Below the pieces are notes generated by a model. It saw only the letters and a list, made by a program, of their open reading frames with translations, was not told where the DNA came from and ran no database searches. Made by a program: the position numbers and the translations under genes. From the NCBI GenBank assembly GCA_034180415.1, contig JAXFOK010000005.1:65093-129092 (forward strand): a DNA stretch of 64,000 bases. The letters are read 5' to 3'. Below, one piece after another: positions 42,492 through 51,980 of this stretch (within the stretch, counting starts at the first letter, position 1; the number at the start of each line of letters is the position of its first letter). The DNA is from Bdellovibrionota bacterium (GTDB lineage Bacteria > Bdellovibrionota_C > UBA2361 > CAKMMH01).

Positions 42492-42788
42492 TTGAAATTT
42501 AAGGAATTTTGTATGATACAAGAGAATAATTCAGAGCAAAGAGGAAATGCGAAGCTTCGTATAGGTACTGTTGTTAGTAACAAGATGGATAAAACTGTTA
42601 CAGTTTCTATTACAAGACATACTAAAACTGAACCTTATGGAAAATTTATAAAAAGAACTGTAAAATATCTTGCACATGATAAGGACAATTCGTGCAATAT
42701 TGGTGATACTGTAAGAATTGTAGAAACTAGACCACTTAGTAAAAGAAAACGTTGGTTGGTGCAAGAAATTTTAGAAAGAGCTAAATAG
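42492..42788 (+). CDS. rpsQ: 30S ribosomal protein S17 (the start may be the internal ATG at 42513)
   Basis: [71 protein letters not shown]. Confidence 0.93.
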   Translation: MKFKEFCMIQENNSEQRGNAKLRIGTVVSNKMDKTVTVSITRHTKTEPYGKFIKRTVKYLAHDKDNSCNIGDTVRIVETRPLSKRKRWLVQEILERAK

Positions 42789-42812
42789 GATATAAATAAA
42801 GGGTATATATTC

Positions 42813-43184
42813 ATGATACAGGTAAAATCTCGTTTAAATGTTGCTGATAATTCAGGAGCTAAAGAATTAGTTTGTATTAAAGTGCTTGGTGGCTCTAAGA
42901 GACGTTATGCTACTATAGGGGATATAATAGTTGTTTCAGTTAAAGATGCTTTACCAAATACTAAGATCAAGAAAGGTACTGTTCATAGAGCAGTTATTGT
43001 AAGAGTTGGTCAAGATGTTAAGAGACCAGATGGTTCTTATATTAAGTTTGATGATAGCGCAGCAGTGCTAGTTGATAAGAAAACTAATGAGCCACTTGGA
43101 ACTCGTATTTTTGGCCCGGTAGCAAGAGAGCTTCGTGCTAAGAAGTTTATGAAAATAGTATCTTTGGCACCTGAGGTGTTATAA
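42813..43184 (+). CDS. rplN: 50S ribosomal protein L14
   Basis: [49 protein letters not shown]. Confidence 0.97.
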   Translation: MIQVKSRLNVADNSGAKELVCIKVLGGSKRRYATIGDIIVVSVKDALPNTKIKKGTVHRAVIVRVGQDVKRPDGSYIKFDDSAAVLVDKKTNEPLGTRIFGPVARELRAKKFMKIVSLAPEVL

Positions 43185-43258
43185 TAAAGATTACGATAAA
43201 GTTTTAAAGTAGTTATTAAGTCTAATATTCAAGGCTTATAAGTTTAAGAGGAATAGAA

Positions 43259-43618
43259 ATGACATTAGCAAAAAGAATAAAAACATCACTTAGAATTGGC
43301 GATACAGTAATGGTGATTGCTGGTGGAAGTGGAGATAAGAGGAACAACAAAGGCAAAACTGGAAAGATTTTAAAATTTGTTGGAAAGGATAGAGTTATAG
43401 TTGAAGGTTTAAACTTTACTGTAAAACATCAAAAAGCTACTAGTGCTAGTCAGCCTGCACAAAGAATTGTTAAGGAAGGCCCAATGCATATTTCAAATGT
43501 TATGTATTATGCAGAAAAAGCTAAACGTCCTGTAAGACTTTGTAAAAGAGTATTGGCTGATGGAACGAAAGTAAGAGGGTATATTGATCGCGAAACTAAG
43601 GAGTTTGTGCAGATCTAA
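43259..43618 (+). CDS. rplX: 50S ribosomal protein L24
   Basis: KOW motif IGDTVMVIAGGSGDKRNNKGKTGKILKF...DRVIVEGLNFTVKHQK. Confidence 0.93.
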   Translation: MTLAKRIKTSLRIGDTVMVIAGGSGDKRNNKGKTGKILKFVGKDRVIVEGLNFTVKHQKATSASQPAQRIVKEGPMHISNVMYYAEKAKRPVRLCKRVLADGTKVRGYIDRETKEFVQI

Positions 43619-43655
43619 TTAAATTTTTTTTATTTTTGGGGTAAATGGATTTAAA

Positions 43656-44195
43656 ATGGATAGAATAGAGCAAAAGTATAAAAATGAAGTTGTTCCTGCA
43701 CTTATGAAAGAATTCAATTATTCTTCTGTAATGGAAGTGCCAAAGCTAGAGAAAATAGTTTTGAGTTGTGGACTAGGAGAGTCTGTTCAAAACTCAAAAG
43801 CTATTGAGTATGCTAAGTATGCTATGGAAAAAATTTCAGGTCAAAAGATTATTGTAACAAAGGCTAAAAAATCAATATCTAACTTTAAGTTAAGAGAAGG
43901 TATGCCTATAGGTTGCATGGTAACTTTAAGAAAATCAAGAATGGATAGCTTTCTTGATAGATTAATTTCAATTGCTTTACCACGAGTTCGTGATTTTAGA
44001 GGTATCTCAAAGAAAGCTTTTGATGGAAGAGGAAATTATAACTTAGGACTTAAAGAACAAATAGTTTTCCCTGAAATTGAAGTTGAAAAACTTGATAAAA
44101 TTAGAGGTATGGATATAACATTTGTTACTTCTGCTAAAACTGATAAAGAAGCTTTAATGCTTTTACAACTTTTAGGATTGCCTTTCCGTAATTAA
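43656..44195 (+). CDS. rplE: 50S ribosomal protein L5
   Basis: [62 protein letters not shown]...[28 protein letters not shown]. Confidence 0.96.
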   Translation: MDRIEQKYKNEVVPALMKEFNYSSVMEVPKLEKIVLSCGLGESVQNSKAIEYAKYAMEKISGQKIIVTKAKKSISNFKLREGMPIGCMVTLRKSRMDSFLDRLISIALPRVRDFRGISKKAFDGRGNYNLGLKEQIVFPEIEVEKLDKIRGMDITFVTSAKTDKEALMLLQLLGLPFRN

Positions 44196-44264
44196 TATTT
44201 ATGTGAAGGCGTTTGTATTGTAATTACAGTAATTTGTAATTACGAAGATATATGGAGAAATAAA

Positions 44265-44450
44265 GTGGCAAAAAAATCGCTTATTGAAAAATGTAATAGA
44301 AAACAGAGATTTGAAGTACGTGAATATTCACGTTGTCAAAGATGTGGTAGACCACGTTCTGTTTACAGAAAATTTAAACTATGTCGTATTTGTCTTAGAG
44401 AATTAGCACATCAAGGAATGCTTCCAGGTGTTACTAAGGCTAGTTGGTAA
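44265..44450 (+). CDS. rpsN: 30S ribosomal protein S14, type Z (zinc-binding, 61 aa)
   Basis: [61 protein letters not shown] with the CxxC...CxxC motif. Confidence 0.95.
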   Translation: MAKKSLIEKCNRKQRFEVREYSRCQRCGRPRSVYRKFKLCRICLRELAHQGMLPGVTKASW

Positions 44451-44479
44451 TTTAATAATATTTAAAAGAGAATAGTAAA

Positions 44480-44881
44480 ATGGTAATAGATCCAATCGCT
44501 GACTTATTAGTGAGAATCAAAAATGCTCATGCAAGGCAACATAAAACTGTAAGAATTCCAGCTTCTAAAGTTGCTAAGAGTATTTTAGATTTATTAGAGA
44601 AAGAAGGGTTTATCTGGTCTTATAGTACAGAAAAAGATAACCAAGGTAAATTTGATGAATATGAAGTAAACTTAAAATATTCTCAAACAGGCAGGCCTGC
44701 TATTAAGAATTGTAAGAGAGTAAGTAAATCAGGTCGTAGAGTATATGTTAAAGCTACTGATGTTCCTAAGGTTAATTGTGGCCTAGGATTAGCAATAATT
44801 TCTACATCTGAAGGAGTTATATCTGATTGTGAATCTCGCAAAAGAGGGATCGGTGGTGAGATTTTAGCTTATATTAGTTAG
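44480..44881 (+). CDS. rpsH: 30S ribosomal protein S8
   Basis: DPIADLLVRIKNAHARQHKTVRIPASKVAKSILDLLEKEGFI...GLGLAIISTSEGVISD. Confidence 0.96.
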   Translation: MVIDPIADLLVRIKNAHARQHKTVRIPASKVAKSILDLLEKEGFIWSYSTEKDNQGKFDEYEVNLKYSQTGRPAIKNCKRVSKSGRRVYVKATDVPKVNCGLGLAIISTSEGVISDCESRKRGIGGEILAYIS

Positions 44882-44904
44882 TTTTTTTAAATTAAGGTGT
44901 TTAA

Positions 44905-45435
44905 ATGTCAAGAATAGGAAAACAACCAGTTAGTTTAGGTTCAGGTGTTAAAGCAAGTGTTAATGGTAATGTTGTTTCAATCACAGGGCCTAAGGGGACA
45001 TTAAATTATACATATCCAAAGGGTATTGAAGTTAAAGAAGATAATGGTCAATTAGTTGTTTCATGCCAAGATGCAGAATGTAATGCAGTTTATGGTACAA
45101 CTAGGGCAATTCTTCACAACATGGCGTTAGGTGTTGTTACTCCATGGAAGAAAGAGCTTGAGCTTCAAGGTGTTGGATATACGGTAAGAATGGATGGCAA
45201 TGCTGTTTGTCTATCTGTTGGATTTTCTCATGAAGTAAAGGTTCCTGTTCCTCAGGGAGTTACTTGCACAGTAAATAAAACAGATATTACTTTAGAGTCT
45301 ATTGACAAGCAGTTAGTTGGTAACTTTGCTGCGAAGCTAAGAAAAGTTGCTCCTCCTGAGCCATATCTAGGTAAAGGTGTTCGTTACAAAGGCGAAGTCG
45401 TTCGTAGAAAAGCTGGTAAGACAGGTAAGAAATAA
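44905..45435 (+). CDS. rplF: 50S ribosomal protein L6
   Basis: MSRIGKQPVSLGSGVKASVNGNVVSITGPKGTLNYTYPKGIEVKEDNGQLVV...YLGKGVRYKGEVVRRKAGKTGKK. Confidence 0.96.
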   Translation: MSRIGKQPVSLGSGVKASVNGNVVSITGPKGTLNYTYPKGIEVKEDNGQLVVSCQDAECNAVYGTTRAILHNMALGVVTPWKKELELQGVGYTVRMDGNAVCLSVGFSHEVKVPVPQGVTCTVNKTDITLESIDKQLVGNFAAKLRKVAPPEPYLGKGVRYKGEVVRRKAGKTGKK

Positions 45436-45482
45436 GATCTTATAATTTGATATTATAAAAGTTTGTTTTTGAGGAAAATAAA

Positions 45483-45893
45483 ATGGCTATAAAGAGTAAA
45501 AAAGAAAAGTTAACAGCAAGAGAGAGATGTAAGTTAAGAATAAGAAAAATTATTTCTGGTACTCCTGAAAGACCTAGAGTTAGCGTTTTTAGAAGTTCAA
45601 AATATACTTATGCTCAAATCATTTGTGATAATGAAGGAAAAACTTTAGTTAGCGCTTCTACGAGAGATAAAGACGTAATGGCAGGTGTTCCTTCTGTAGA
45701 GAGTGATGTGATTATCAATGATTCTAAAAGCACTAAGAGCATTAGAGCTGCTTATAGTTTAGGTTTAGTTCTTGCTAAGAAAGCGCAAGATAAAAATATT
45801 ACTAAAGTAGTTTTTGACCGTAATGGTTATGTTTATACAGGCAGAGTGAAGGCATTAGCTGAAGGCTTAAGAGCTGGTGGAATGCAAATTTAG
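45483..45893 (+). CDS. rplR: 50S ribosomal protein L18
   Basis: RERCKLRIRKIISGTPERPRVSVFRSSKYTYAQIICDNEGKTLVSAST...VVFDRNGYVYTGRVKALAEGLRAGGMQI. Confidence 0.95.
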   Translation: MAIKSKKEKLTARERCKLRIRKIISGTPERPRVSVFRSSKYTYAQIICDNEGKTLVSASTRDKDVMAGVPSVESDVIINDSKSTKSIRAAYSLGLVLAKKAQDKNITKVVFDRNGYVYTGRVKALAEGLRAGGMQI

Positions 45894-45950
45894 TAAAAGA
45901 TTTAATAAAAGTATTTTCATTTTATAAATTATATAAGGATTAAAAAAAAT

Positions 45951-46490
45951 ATGAGTTCAATTGCTAAGTTGATACAATCAAGAAGAGTGCCAATGGCAGT
46001 ATGTGGCGAGCTTACAGATAAGACAGTTGCAGTAAGTCGTGTTGCAAAGGTAGTAAGTGGAGGTCGTCGTTTTAGTTTTAGTGCACTTGTTGTAACAGGT
46101 GATGGTCAAGGACATGTTGGCTTTGGTTTAGGAAAAGCTGCTGAGGTTCCTGAGGCTATAAGAAAAGCTTCTGATGCTGCAAGAAAGAACATTGTAAAGA
46201 TTCCTTTAAGAGGCTTAACTATTCCTCATGATATTATTGGAACTTTTGGTTCTTCAAAAGTTGTGTTAAAGCCAGCAAGACCAGGTACAGGAGTTATAGC
46301 TGGTTCTTCTGTTCGTGCAATTGTTGAGCTTGCAGGAATTCAAGATATTAGAACAAAATGTATCGGTAGTAATTCAGCTCAAAATATTTTACAAGCTACT
46401 TTAAATGGTTTATTAAATCTTGATGAGCCAGAAGCTATTGCTAGCTTAAGAGGAAAAACTTTAGAAGAGCTTGATTATCAAGCATACTAA
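45951..46490 (+). CDS. rpsE: 30S ribosomal protein S5
   Basis: [46 protein letters not shown]...[28 protein letters not shown]. Confidence 0.96.
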   Translation: MSSIAKLIQSRRVPMAVCGELTDKTVAVSRVAKVVSGGRRFSFSALVVTGDGQGHVGFGLGKAAEVPEAIRKASDAARKNIVKIPLRGLTIPHDIIGTFGSSKVVLKPARPGTGVIAGSSVRAIVELAGIQDIRTKCIGSNSAQNILQATLNGLLNLDEPEAIASLRGKTLEELDYQAY

Positions 46491-46537
46491 TTTTGATTAA
46501 TACATAAGTTTTAGAGTTTAAGAAGTTATTTAGGAGT

Positions 46538-46747
46538 TTGAACCACATGGAATTAAAAGAGGGACAAAAGATACTTATTACTCAAGTAAGAGGTTCTGGA
46601 AGAAGGACAAAGGAAGTTATTGATACATTAAAAGCTCTTGGTTTAGGTAGAACGGGAAAAAAGAAAGAGCATACATTCAATAACTGTATTTTTGGTATGA
46701 TTCGTAAAGTTGAACATCTTGTTTCAGTAGAGAAGTTAGATTTTTAA
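46538..46747 (+). CDS. rpmD: 50S ribosomal protein L30
   Basis: KILITQVRGSGRRTKEVIDTLKALGLGRTGKK: L30 ferredoxin-like fold signature, in the canonical position. Confidence 0.9.
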   Translation: MNHMELKEGQKILITQVRGSGRRTKEVIDTLKALGLGRTGKKKEHTFNNCIFGMIRKVEHLVSVEKLDF

Positions 46748-46795
46748 TTAATTTTAAGGAAATATTAAAAAAGTTTTTAATATAGGAGTTACTAA

Positions 46796-47254
46796 ATGGA
46801 ATTATCTAGTTTGGCACCAAATAAGGGAGCAAAGAAAAATAGAAAGAGAGTAGGTAGAGGAAATGCTAGCGGTTATGGAAGAACAAGTGCTAGAGGTGAA
46901 AAAGGACAAAAGGCTCGTTCAGGCGGTAAAGTTGCTCCAAGGTTCGAAGGTGGACAAATGCCTTTGTATAGAAGAATCCCAAATATTGGATTTAAGTCTA
47001 AAAAACAAGTTTATGGTACAAACGATTACGCGTTAGTGAAGTGTAGCGATTTAGAAGTATTAGATAATGATACAGTTGTTGATATGGAACTATTATACAA
47101 AATGGGATTTAAGTGTTCTTTAAAACAGCAAGCAGGATTTAAACTTTTAGGAAATGGTGAACTAACAAAGAAACTAACAGTACGTGTTAATGCTATTACT
47201 AAGACTGCATTAGAGAAAGTTCAAAAAGCAGGTGGTACTGTAGAGTTATTGTAG
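46796..47254 (+). CDS. rplO: 50S ribosomal protein L15
   Basis: LSSLAPNKGAKKNRKRVGRGNASGYGRTSARGEKGQKARSGGKVAPRFEGGQMPLYRRIP. Confidence 0.96.
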   Translation: MELSSLAPNKGAKKNRKRVGRGNASGYGRTSARGEKGQKARSGGKVAPRFEGGQMPLYRRIPNIGFKSKKQVYGTNDYALVKCSDLEVLDNDTVVDMELLYKMGFKCSLKQQAGFKLLGNGELTKKLTVRVNAITKTALEKVQKAGGTVELL

Positions 47255-47317
47255 TTTTTAGTTCATTATAATTAATTTTTAGTATTTATAATTATAGGTT
47301 GACATGTTATTCTTAAA

Positions 47318-47378
47318 AGCCAATAGGTAAATCTTTTTATATTTAATATAAGGTTTACTTATTGGCTTTTTTTATTTT
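47318..47378 (+). terminator. strong hairpin plus U-tract inside the spc operon, between rplO and secY (terminator or attenuator)
   Basis: AAGCCAATAGGTAAA ... GGTTTACTTATTGGCTT (14 of 15 bp stem, 19-nt loop) followed by TTTTTTTATTTTT; lies in a 176-bp gap. Confidence 0.45.
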
Positions 47379-47430
47379 TGGGATTTTTATGTTAGCCTTA
47401 TAGTTTATTGTTTTATATGGGAAGTGCTTT

Positions 47431-48807
47431 ATGGCCAATATGGATGAAGTATATAATGTTGTCAAGGGAAGTGGCTCAGAGTTAAAGAAAAGATTCCTTT
47501 TTACTTTAATGATGCTTGCTGTTTACAGATTAGGCGTTTTTGTTTCAACTCCAGGGGTAAATGTTTCATTGTTAAGATCAAGACTTGGATTTGGTGAAAA
47601 TGGCGGTGGAGATGGTACAGTCTTTGGCCTTATTAATATGTTTTCAGGTGGTTCATTTGAAAACTTTTCTATTTTTACTTTAGGTATAATGCCATATATC
47701 TCAGTTTCAATTATCATTCAATTTATGACTCCATTATTTCCTTCACTAAATGAATTAAAGAAGCAAGGGGAGGCTGGAAGAAGGATAATTACAAGATGGA
47801 CAAGACAAGGGACAGTAGTTCTTGCTCTTATACAGAGCTTTATGATTGCAATCGGGCTTCAAAGAAGTGGGCTTGTATTAAATCCTGGACCTAGTTTTGT
47901 TTTCCTAACAATGGTTACGCTTACAGCGGGTACTGCGTTTATAATGTGGCTTGGAGAGCAAATTACTGAAAAAGGTGTAGGTAATGGTATAAGTATTATA
48001 ATTTTTGCTGGTATTGTAGCGAGAATGCCTCAGGTATTTGGTCAAACAGTTGAATTAGCAAAAGGAGCAGTTAATCCTCTGATTGTTTGTTTAGCAATTT
48101 TATTTTGTATTGCAACATTCTTCTTAATCGTATTTGTCGAAAGGTCTGCAAGAAAGATTCCTGTTCAATATCCAAGGCGTATGGTAAATAGTACGATGGC
48201 TACGCAAAAGCAAGTTCAGTATATGCCATTAAAGCTTAATATGTCAGGTGTTATTCCTCCAATTTTTGCGTCATCAATTTTGGTTATTCCTGCAACTATT
48301 GCTGGTTTCACAACTAATGAAACGATAAGAAATTTTTTATTAAATTACTTAAATCCATCAAATTTCTGGTATAATATAGTATTTGCATTATTAATTTTCG
48401 TTTTCTGTTATTATGCAACTGCAATGATGTTTAATCCAGAAGAGATTGCAGAGAATATGCAAAAAAATGGTGGATTTATTCCTACTGTAAGACCTGGAAA
48501 AGAAACCGCTGATTTCTTTTTTGATGTACTAAATAAGTTAACATTTTGGGGTGGAATTTATATAGTTATTATTTGTATATTGCCAAGGCTTGTTTATTCA
48601 AAATTTGGTTTAGATTCATTTTCATATGTATTTGGTGGTACATCAATACTAATTGTTGTTGGTGTTATATTAGATACGATGAATCAAATTCAATCAATCT
48701 TGGTTTCTAGAAACTATGAAGATTTTATGACAAAAGCTTCGAGATCTAAAGCTGGTATCAGTGGAGCTTTTGGTGGACATAAAGGCGGAAAAATATTCCA
48801 TAGATAA
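47431..48807 (+). CDS. secY: preprotein translocase subunit SecY
   Basis: 10-TM protein with SecY blocks (GIMPYISVSIIIQFMT, GEAGRRIITRWTR, FFFDVLNKLTFWGGIYIVIICILP). Confidence 0.95.
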   Translation: MANMDEVYNVVKGSGSELKKRFLFTLMMLAVYRLGVFVSTPGVNVSLLRSRLGFGENGGGDGTVFGLINMFSGGSFENFSIFTLGIMPYISVSIIIQFMTPLFPSLNELKKQGEAGRRIITRWTRQGTVVLALIQSFMIAIGLQRSGLVLNPGPSFVFLTMVTLTAGTAFIMWLGEQITEKGVGNGISIIIFAGIVARMPQVFGQTVELAKGAVNPLIVCLAILFCIATFFLIVFVERSARKIPVQYPRRMVNSTMATQKQVQYMPLKLNMSGVIPPIFASSILVIPATIAGFTTNETIRNFLLNYLNPSNFWYNIVFALLIFVFCYYATAMMFNPEEIAENMQKNGGFIPTVRPGKETADFFFDVLNKLTFWGGIYIVIICILPRLVYSKFGLDSFSYVFGGTSILIVVGVILDTMNQIQSILVSRNYEDFMTKASRSKAGISGAFGGHKGGKIFHR

Positions 48808-48876
48808 TTTCTAGATTTGTTTTAAACTATAAGTAGTTTCTAGAAATTTTTATAAAAAAGAATTTAACAAAGATGA

Positions 48877-50553
48877 ATGTCTTATGTTAATTCTTTTTTT
48901 ATAATTGCTCGTTTAAGGTGGCATGTGAATAGAAAAATTGTAAGATTTTCATATATTATTTTTAGCTTAATAGTAATTTTTGCTCCAGTTGTCCTAGAAA
49001 ATTTACAATCTATATTTAATTTTAATTTTGACACTAAACTTATAGGTTTTACAATAAAAAATAATAAGCCTCAAAGATTATCTTATAATGATTTTAAATC
49101 TGGTAAATTTCAAACAAACTATTCTTCTTGGTATAATGATAACTTACCGCTTAGAGGTCATTTAGTAAAATGCTATAATACGATACGTTTTAAGCTTTTT
49201 CATCTTGCAAATTTATGTAGGTTAATAGGTAATGATAATTTTGTTTACGAACCTGCTTATCTAAATGCTCATTTTGTTTTAAGTGAAAAATATGATTTTT
49301 CAATAAAGAAGAATAAAATGGGTATGCAAGAGTTTGTTAATGATTTAGTAACTCTTCAAGAAAAATTAGATAATATGGGTAAAACATTATATATATTTAT
49401 TCCACCAAGCAAAGTACATTTTTATCCTCAAAGTGTACCGAATAAATTTTATAATATGAAAGATGAGCATGCCATAAGTCCCTTAACCATGTTTAAAAAT
49501 TTAGTGGATAAAACAAACCTTAATGTTAGAATTGCCACATATGATATGCAAGATAATTATAAGTATCCTTCCTTTTACTCTACTGGAATTCATTGGTCAA
49601 GGACTTATGAACAAATTGCTACTGATAAAATGTTAGAAGATATTAATAATATTTCAGGTAGACATTATAGGAGGTTAGTATTTGGTAAAGTTAAAAAAAA
49701 CAAAAAGGGCTTTTGGCGTGATAAAGATGTTTATAATGCATTAAATATTTATGATAACAAAAAAAATGAAAAATATTATGAATTTAAATTAAAAAGGGAA
49801 AAACCACAAGAATATGACAAGATGAGGTTTTTAATAAATGGTGATAGCTTTTCAGAAGGTTTAATTCATGATATTTTACAAATTTATCCTGATGAAAAAT
49901 TTATAGTGAGAGTAAATAGAGATGTTTCTGTAACTGATGGTTATAACAATCGAATATTGCTAAATCATGATTTTAATAATGCTGATTTTGGAAAGTATTT
50001 GAATGAATCTGATGTCGTAATTATAGAAATGATAGAACCTGAAATTTTATATTATTCACATGGATTTGTTAAACATTTATTACGTATTATAGATAATGAT
50101 AGTGAGGTTCAGCATGGTCGCAATAAAGATAATAAAAATACGAAATTAATATTTGATGATAATATTGACTATGAAAATAGTATTGGGTTGTATAATAAAT
50201 ATAGAAGAGGTATTTGGACTAATAAATATGCTTCAATTAATATGACTAATAAATATATAGGGAAGAAAGGTTTTAAGATTGACTTTAAAATTCCTCATCA
50301 AATTATTGAAAAACATAAAACGCAGAATGTTGTTATGTATATTAATCAAGAAAAAGTATACGAAAAAGAATTTAGTAAATCTGGTTTTTACACTTTTCAA
50401 ATGTCGCCAAAAGATATAAATATTACAAAAGATGATACGTATGAAGTCGTACTTGAACTAAGTCATATTTTTATTCCGAAAAACTTTAATAAAAAAAGTA
50501 ATGATAGCAGAAAACTTGGTGTTCTTATTAAATATATTGGTGAGGTGAGGTAA
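48877..50553 (+). CDS. SGNH/GDSL hydrolase-family protein with N-terminal membrane anchor; likely partner of the downstream MBOAT (AlgJ/AlgX/DltD/PatB-like O-acyltransferase)
   Basis: N-terminal TM (FSYIIFSLIVIFAPVVL); GDS block RFLINGDSFSEGLIHD; 3-nt spacing to the MBOAT gene. Confidence 0.45.
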   Translation: MSYVNSFFIIARLRWHVNRKIVRFSYIIFSLIVIFAPVVLENLQSIFNFNFDTKLIGFTIKNNKPQRLSYNDFKSGKFQTNYSSWYNDNLPLRGHLVKCYNTIRFKLFHLANLCRLIGNDNFVYEPAYLNAHFVLSEKYDFSIKKNKMGMQEFVNDLVTLQEKLDNMGKTLYIFIPPSKVHFYPQSVPNKFYNMKDEHAISPLTMFKNLVDKTNLNVRIATYDMQDNYKYPSFYSTGIHWSRTYEQIATDKMLEDINNISGRHYRRLVFGKVKKNKKGFWRDKDVYNALNIYDNKKNEKYYEFKLKREKPQEYDKMRFLINGDSFSEGLIHDILQIYPDEKFIVRVNRDVSVTDGYNNRILLNHDFNNADFGKYLNESDVVIIEMIEPEILYYSHGFVKHLLRIIDNDSEVQHGRNKDNKNTKLIFDDNIDYENSIGLYNKYRRGIWTNKYASINMTNKYIGKKGFKIDFKIPHQIIEKHKTQNVVMYINQEKVYEKEFSKSGFYTFQMSPKDINITKDDTYEVVLELSHIFIPKNFNKKSNDSRKLGVLIKYIGEVR

Positions 50554-50555
50554 AA

Positions 50556-51938
50556 ATGGTTTTTTCATCTACAATATTTTTATTTATATTTTTGCCTGTA
50601 TGCTTATTTTTTAATTTTATTGTTGATAAAAAATTTAAAAATTTAGTACTACTAATTTTTTCATTAATATTTTATGCCTGGGGAGAGCCTAAAAATGTTA
50701 TATTAATGCTTTTTTCGATTTTATTTAATTATTTTTTTGGAATTCTTGTTGAAAAAGACAATAAGTATATTAAAAAATCATCTTTAATTCTTGCGTGTGT
50801 TTATAATTTAGGTGTTCTTTTTGTTTTTAAATATTTAAATTTTTCAATAGATACCTTTAATGAACTTTTTAACCAGAATATTGAAATTGCAAAAATTGCG
50901 CTTCCAATTGGTATTTCATTTTATACATTTCAAAATTTATCTTATGTAATAGATGTTTATAGAGGAAATGTAAAAGCGCAAAGAAAATTTTTGGATCTTG
51001 CACTTTATGTTTCGCTTTTTCCTCAATTAATTGCCGGCCCCATAGTTAGATATATTAATATTCAAAAGCAGATTATAAATAGGGTGTCATCTATTAAAAG
51101 AGTAAGGGAGGGACTCGTTAGATTTCAAGTTGGATTTATAAAGAAAGTTTTAATTGCTGATGTTTTGTCTGGTCTAGTTGATATTGCATTTAGAGGAGAA
51201 TATCCATCAATATACACAAATTGGATTGGTGCCATAGCGTATGCACTTCAAATATATTTTGATTTTAGTGGTTATTCAGATATGGCAATAGGAATTGGTA
51301 GAATTTTAGGATTCAAATTCTTAGAAAACTTTAATTATCCTTATATTTCAAGGTCAATACAGGAGTTTTGGAGAAGGTGGCATATTTCACTTAGTTCATG
51401 GTTTAAGGATTATGTGTATATCCCTCTTGGTGGAAGTAGAGAAGGAAATTTTAAAACATATAGAAATATATTTATAGTTTTTCTTTTATGTGGTACGTGG
51501 CATGGAGCTAGCTTTAATTTTATCTTTTGGGGCGTTTATTATGCGTTATTTTTGATGTTTGAACGCGCTATAGGAAAGAGCCTCCTTGAGAAGCTCCCCT
51601 TAATTTTCAGACATTTTTACGCAATATTAGTTGTGCTTGTTGGTTGGGTGTTTTTTAGAGCAGACACAATGATTGATGCAGTAAAATATTTAAAAGGTAT
51701 GGTTACATTTCAAGGAAAGGATTTAGCTAATTTTAATTTTATCATGAATGGGGAATATTATCTTTTTTTAATAGTTGGAATTTTATGTTCAATGCCTCAT
51801 ACAAAAATTAAAAACTTTTTTAAGAAAACAATCTTTAGAATATGTATATCTGACTTTTTAACACTTTTAATCTTTTTGGTAGCAATTAGCTATATGGTTG
51901 GAAAAGGACATAGCCCGTTTTTATATTTTAGATTTTAA
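50556..51938 (+). CDS. MBOAT-family membrane O-acyltransferase (AlgI/DltB/PatA-like)
   Basis: MBOAT signature FWRRWHISLSSWFKDYVYIPLGGSREG with the invariant His, and the multi-TM architecture FYAWGEPKNVILM at the N-terminus. Confidence 0.8.
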   Translation: MVFSSTIFLFIFLPVCLFFNFIVDKKFKNLVLLIFSLIFYAWGEPKNVILMLFSILFNYFFGILVEKDNKYIKKSSLILACVYNLGVLFVFKYLNFSIDTFNELFNQNIEIAKIALPIGISFYTFQNLSYVIDVYRGNVKAQRKFLDLALYVSLFPQLIAGPIVRYINIQKQIINRVSSIKRVREGLVRFQVGFIKKVLIADVLSGLVDIAFRGEYPSIYTNWIGAIAYALQIYFDFSGYSDMAIGIGRILGFKFLENFNYPYISRSIQEFWRRWHISLSSWFKDYVYIPLGGSREGNFKTYRNIFIVFLLCGTWHGASFNFIFWGVYYALFLMFERAIGKSLLEKLPLIFRHFYAILVVLVGWVFFRADTMIDAVKYLKGMVTFQGKDLANFNFIMNGEYYLFLIVGILCSMPHTKIKNFFKKTIFRICISDFLTLLIFLVAISYMVGKGHSPFLYFRF

Positions 51939-51980
51939 TTTTTTGGTACTGCAGTATTTATATAATTTAAGAGGATAATT

